From positions 256,001 to 320,000 of the forward strand of contig CAVVEU010000024.1 of the NCBI GenBank assembly GCA_963747235.1: a stretch of 64,000 bases of DNA. Reading direction: 5' to 3'. How positions within the stretch are numbered: position 1 is the stretch's first letter; every line of letters starts with the position of its first letter. The notes below the pieces were generated by a model. That model saw only the letters and a list, made by a program, of their open reading frames with translations. It did not search any database and was not told the DNA's origin. This DNA is from an uncultured Candidatus Rokubacteria bacterium (GTDB lineage Bacteria; Methylomirabilota; Methylomirabilia; Rokubacteriales; CSP1-6). A program made the translations under genes and the position numbers. This document shows positions 59,201-64,000 of the stretch, piece by piece.

Positions 59201-59490
59201 CGATCGCGGGCACCATCGTGGCATCGCTGCAAAACGCGGCGACCGGCGAGAATCAGCCGGAAGGCGTGGGGCTGGCCGGCCGGCTGCGCCCGTGGCGGAG
59301 GGTTCATGTGAGCCACATGAGTGACGGGGCTCGCATCGGGGGACTCACCTTCCAGATCCAGGGTGCCACTTCCGGAGATCTCGATGCGGCGGTGATGCCG
59401 GGCACCGCGACCCGGGTAGGGACGGAGTCCCCGCCGGACCGTCCGGCTAGCCCGAAGCGCACTCGCCGAGCCCACGCCAGAACTCAGTGA
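56281..59490 (+). CDS. Large M4 (thermolysin-like) metallopeptidase with propeptide and C-terminal beta domains
   Basis: FTP/PepSY-like prodomain (LEYQQY, VFVDAVSG), HEYQH, HEGLSDVFG, RIWYRALT; GAGGAGG RBS before ATG 56281. Confidence 0.85.
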   Translation: MENLARVQWELLERLTRTDPALEVAWDDERGVASSIRGTLARPVERRTPARAVREFLRAYGSLFGPPRLVWQLQPLRPPERDDLGWTRLEYQQYFAPGRGRALEVYGAHLVAHVTDDGALREIQSGCWRDVKVPARPRIARAALRRILAAPNAPGYRELEARMRRRGERSFPIMQTPRLVIYFWQDRFRLAWTTYAYAPTTTTHDQARGSQGLVLGQVFVDAVSGERFLFAPTGMHAEHAATGSGLGVTSAAGGGFVVRNLNVVRVDATSTHRLRDTTHSRDIITYDLAANPDWASISAMAVAVTGGTPALTVSENTTGSSWNRVAATGSPAVSRVNSQQPEVDAHFLVCDVYEWYDTLSGGRKGWDNGKYPKTKVPAKLPVRVATHVDPQLKVNAGFDKGLIGGKWIPFLMFWDGDPELHCGSPDNRAVDYLAGLGNVVAHEYQHGITAFSFIDGGKNPGLGYVGWAAAVHEGLSDVFGCLVSDVWTWGSEISPAGLVFRNAAFPRDATSWENRPGPMPCGRGHHNKDHFDDRVPLPDTEFGEQYDNGTILAHTAFLMAAGGVHQRASRSPAVIPVQALAKETLGGREFSRAARIWYRALTTYLAADVNAITNRATLDEKMFQQIRNGCVKAATDLYGAASVERKTTELAFYAVGLQPTASDYGADVTCMPPAQEWSQSRPYLGGIYGTCPDWVSVDLFVNNDGATSEWNALVNVIDGGGNPTHFENTVYCRVRNLGDLPAQSILVSFFYAPLSTAPMTWLPVTDKNGIAQTLSLSGLAAGASSFPDASQSTPPATAGVKWDIPPLAPGATVANFCLQARLTGADVNSFNNEVQSRIAYVRYTPGTPIRLGFAVTNPFAKAIRSTLSFSADLPAGWQVSLGAAASEFGLEPREEIEREIVIKMPAGADRQLTAPFDGVVQGELHGPLSGSCRGALTDTKLDGSTLTGRVALELASIGPVQGTFTGGVDLVTGAIAGTIVASLQNAATGENQPEGVGLAGRLRPWRRVHVSHMSDGARIGGLTFQIQGATSGDLDAAVMPGTATRVGTESPPDRPASPKRTRRAHARTQ

Positions 59491-60711
59491 CTGACCTCGC
59501 GTGCTCGATGGTGACCTGCCCGGCCTTGACCACGAGGCGGCACGGGGCGAGAGCCGCCACCACGTCCTCGGCGCGCTCGGCCTCCCAGATCACCAGGTCC
59601 GCCCGGCCGCCCACCGCCAGGCCGTGGTCGGGCAGGCGCAGGATGCGCGCCGGATGGGTGGTCAGCATGTCGAGCACCTGGCCCAGCTCCGGGTCGGCGC
59701 CCATGTGCGCGGCGACGCCCAGCAGGTAGCCCATCAGCGGGAGCCCCGCGGTGCCGAGCGGGGTGAAGGCGTTGCGCACGTTGTTGGTCGCCGCGGCCAC
59801 CGTCACGCCCGCCGCGAGCAGCCGCTTGACCGGCGCGATCCCGCGGCGGACGGCGCGCACGTCCTTGCGCCCCATCAGGTAGAGATCGGTCGCGGGCAGC
59901 ACGATGACCGCGACGCCCGCCCGCGCCAGGACGCGGGCCACGCGCTCCTGCTCGTCGGGGGGCAGCGCGGCCATCTCGCTCATGTGGCCGAGCGCCACTC
60001 GGCCCTGCCAGCCGCGCCGGATCGTCTCCTCCGCGATGTGCAGGGCGTGGAGATGCTGGGGCTCGTCGAAGAAGTCGGTGTGGAAATCGACGTCGACGCC
60101 GAACTCGGCCGCGAGGTCGAACACGATCGCGACGTGCCGGCGCGCGTCGGTGTCGTTGTAGGGGACGCCGCCGACCAGGTCCGCGCCCATGCGGAGGGCC
60201 TCGCGCAGCAGCGCCTCGGTGCCGGGCATCTGGAGGATGCCTTCCTGGGCGAAGGCGCAGAGCTGCAGGTCGATCGCGGGGGCGTACTCGCGCCGGAGCG
60301 GCAGGATCGCCTCGAAGCCCATGAGGCCGACGATCGGGTCCACCTCCACGTGGCTCCGCATCGCGGTGGTGCCCTGGCGCACCGCCATGTCGAGCACGCG
60401 CCGGGCCCGGTCCGCGATGTCCTCGCCGGGTGAAGCCGCGCTTGGCCTCGCCGGTCACCCGGATCGCCTCGGCCACGGTGCCCATCGCGGCTCGGCGCCC
60501 GCGCGCCCAGCAGCGCCTTGTCGAGATGCATGTGCGCATCCACCAGCCCCGCCGTCACCACGCGCCCCTCGCAGAGCGATCTCGCGCCCCGCGCCCGCGC
60601 CCGGCGAGCGCCCCGATCTCGACAATGCGCCCATCACGGCAGCCGATATCGGCCACCTGCCCATCCGGCAGCCGGCAGTCGAGAAGCAGCAGATCGAACG
60701 GACTCCGCCAT
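59447..60711 (-). CDS. Cytosine deaminase-like amidohydrolase (5' frameshifts)
   Basis: DAHMHLDK, RSHVEVD, AFAQEG, LVGGVPY, DFHTD. Confidence 0.88.
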
Positions 60712-60718
60712 CCGCGTT

Positions 60719-60754
60719 TGGGGGAGCGCGGGGGCCATTTCCGGGCCCCCGCAT
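60719..60754 (+). repeat. REP-like repeat family A, copy 4
   Basis: TGGGGGAGCGCGGGGGCCATTTCCGGGCCCCCGCAT. Confidence 0.8.
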
Positions 60755-60777
60755 ACGGAGGCGGGTCGCGCCAGTCG

Positions 60778-62142
<1,365 letters not shown>

Positions 62143-62150
62143 GGGTCGGC

Positions 62151-64000
62151 TCAGGCCTGCACGGGCGCGGCCACCGGCCGGCCCGCGGGCAGCTCGATCA
62201 CGAAGCGGCTGCCGTGCGGCGCGTTGTCTTCCACGCGAATCGTCCCGCCATGGTCGGACACGATCTGGTGGACGATCGGCAGCCCGAGCCCCATGCCGGT
62301 GGCCTTGGTGGAGAAGTAGGGCATGAAGAGGCGCTCGCGGTCCTCGGCCGAGATGCCCGGCCCGTCGTCGGTGACCACGATGCGCACCCGGTGCGACTCG
62401 GGCAGCCACGCGGTCTGGACGCAGACCTCGCCGGTGCCGCCCACCGCTTCCACCGCGTTGTCCACCAGGTTGAGGACCGCGCGCTTGATCTGGTCCGGGT
62501 CCACCTCGATCGCGGGCAGGTCCGGGGAGAAGGCGGAGCGGATGGCCAGGCTCGGGTGCGACTCGCGGTAGAGCACCACCACGCCCTCGAGCAGCCGCGC
62601 CAGGTCGGTGGGCTTGGGCGTGAGCGCGGGCATGCGGGCGAAGCGCGAGAACTCGTCCACGAGCTGCCGGAGGCCTTCCACCTCCTGGATGATGGTGGCG
62701 GTGGCTTCTTCCAGGAGGCGCTTCTCATCCGGGCTCCGGTCGGTGGTGAGCCGGCGCCGGAGGCGCTGGGCCGAGAGCTGGATGGGGGTGAGCGGGTTCT
62801 TGATCTCGTGCGCGATGCGCTGGGCGACCTCGCGCCAGGCGGCCAGGCGCTGCGCCTTCAGCAGCTCGGTGAGATCGTCGAACGCCAGCACCATGCCCAG
62901 GTAGGCGCCGTCGGGCCCGCGCAGCGCGGTGGCGGAGGCGAGCAGGGCCACCGCCTGGCCGCCGCGGCGGAGATGCACCTCGCGGTCGAGCGAGCCCTCG
63001 CGCCCGCGGCCCATGCGCTGGATCAGCGCGTCGATCTCCGCGTACTCCGGCGAGCGGAACACCCGCGCGACGGGCCGGCCCTGGATCTGGGCCGCGGTCA
63101 GGCCGAGCAGGCGCTCGGCGGCGCCGTTGATGGTGGTGACGTGCCCCTCCGCGTCGAGCGACACCACGCCGGTGGCCACCGCCTCCAGCACGGTCTCGGT
63201 GTAGCGGCGGCGGTCTTCCACCTCGCCGTGCTTGGCCTGGAGGTCCTTGTAGGTCTCCTCCAGCTTCGATTGCGAGGCGGCGAGGTCGCCGGTCATCCGG
63301 TTGAAGGAGTCCACCAGGATGCCGATCTCGTCGTCGGCGCGGACCGTGACCTTGTAGTTGAGGTTGCCCGCCGCGACCTCTCGAGTGCCCTCGGCCAGCA
63401 TCTGGATCGGCTCGGTGATGCCGCGGGCCAGGTAGAGGCCGAACCAGGTGGCGGAGAAGACGATGATCAGGGTCATCAGCAGGAAGAGCAGGATGTAGAT
63501 GCCCTTGATCGGGTTCTTCAGCAGGCGGAGCTGCTTGTACTCCTGGAAGGCCTGGCTGATGTTGCGCAGCCGCGCCTCGAGGCGCTGGGGCACGTGGATG
63601 GCCACCACGATCGCGGCGGGCACCGGGTGGTCGCCGTCGCGCACCGGCACCATCGCCTGGATCATGTCGCCGTTGTCCAGCTCGTGGACGGTGGTGATCT
63701 CCTGGCCCGTGAGCGCCTGCCGCACGTGCTCGTTGTTGGCCTCGCGGGTCGGCACCGCGGCGAGCACCGGATTCTTGACGTGCACCAGCTCCTGCCCGTC
63801 ACGGTTGAAGACGGTGATGGCGGCGACGCCGAGGCGCTCCTGCTGCTCGGTCAGGTAGCTGGCCAGCGCCTCGCGCTTGCTCTCGGCGAGGAGCCCGTCG
63901 CGCTCGATCACGCGGCCCATGTAGCGCCCGTGGCGCAGCGCGGTGGTCTCGAGGCTCTGGTAGTAGGTCTGCGCCACCTCCATGGCCTGGTCGAGCGGCT
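62151..64000 (-). CDS. ntrY: NtrY-like HAMP-PAS histidine kinase, 5' end outside the window
   Basis: AAWREVAQRIAHEIKNPLTPIQLSAQRL, GMGLGL; upstream of ntrX. Confidence 0.93.
   Translation of the reverse strand, partial: PLDQAMEVAQTYYQSLETTALRHGRYMGRVIERDGLLAESKREALASYLTEQQERLGVAAITVFNRDGQELVHVKNPVLAAVPTREANNEHVRQALTGQEITTVHELDNGDMIQAMVPVRDGDHPVPAAIVVAIHVPQRLEARLRNISQAFQEYKQLRLLKNPIKGIYILLFLLMTLIIVFSATWFGLYLARGITEPIQMLAEGTREVAAGNLNYKVTVRADDEIGILVDSFNRMTGDLAASQSKLEETYKDLQAKHGEVEDRRRYTETVLEAVATGVVSLDAEGHVTTINGAAERLLGLTAAQIQGRPVARVFRSPEYAEIDALIQRMGRGREGSLDREVHLRRGGQAVALLASATALRGPDGAYLGMVLAFDDLTELLKAQRLAAWREVAQRIAHEIKNPLTPIQLSAQRLRRRLTTDRSPDEKRLLEEATATIIQEVEGLRQLVDEFSRFARMPALTPKPTDLARLLEGVVVLYRESHPSLAIRSAFSPDLPAIEVDPDQIKRAVLNLVDNAVEAVGGTGEVCVQTAWLPESHRVRIVVTDDGPGISAEDRERLFMPYFSTKATGMGLGLPIVHQIVSDHGGTIRVEDNAPHGSRFVIELPAGRPVAAPVQA

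Noticed and set aside
52119-59450. CTAG/GGCTAG at both island edges as a target-site duplication
   Set aside because: They coincide with TAG stop codons and are too short; no integrase or tRNA is nearby.

Overview
Very GC-rich bacterial chromosomal window. Gene content and style resemble Rokubacteria/Methylomirabilota (an inference, not a database result). Most of it is housekeeping: dnaK-dnaJ-like-hspR-lon; comM; dut; a Liv-type ABC operon with aminotransferase and aldolase genes; the ffh-rpsP-rimM-trmD-rplS-rnhB-yraN block; yicC-gmk-rpoZ-coaBC-udg-priA-def-fmt-rsmB-rpe; a TauT-type ABC transporter; a PyrR-attenuated pyr/car operon; and ntrYX. One accessory block (52133-59490) pairs a zinc-ribbon/class III cyclase/AAA/TPR protein and an orphan with a divergently transcribed, signal-less giant M4 metalloprotease. 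The most notable observations are: that module; three likely pseudo-enzymes (J-domain with SPD instead of HPD, HPRT-like protein lacking the catalytic aspartates, PriA without Walker A); a sigma54/IHF promoter driving an unannotated 25-aa peptide; and two families of dispersed hairpin repeats. Many genes, including essential ones, carry single-base frameshifts that are probably sequencing errors. No rRNA, tRNA, CRISPR array or transposase was recognised.
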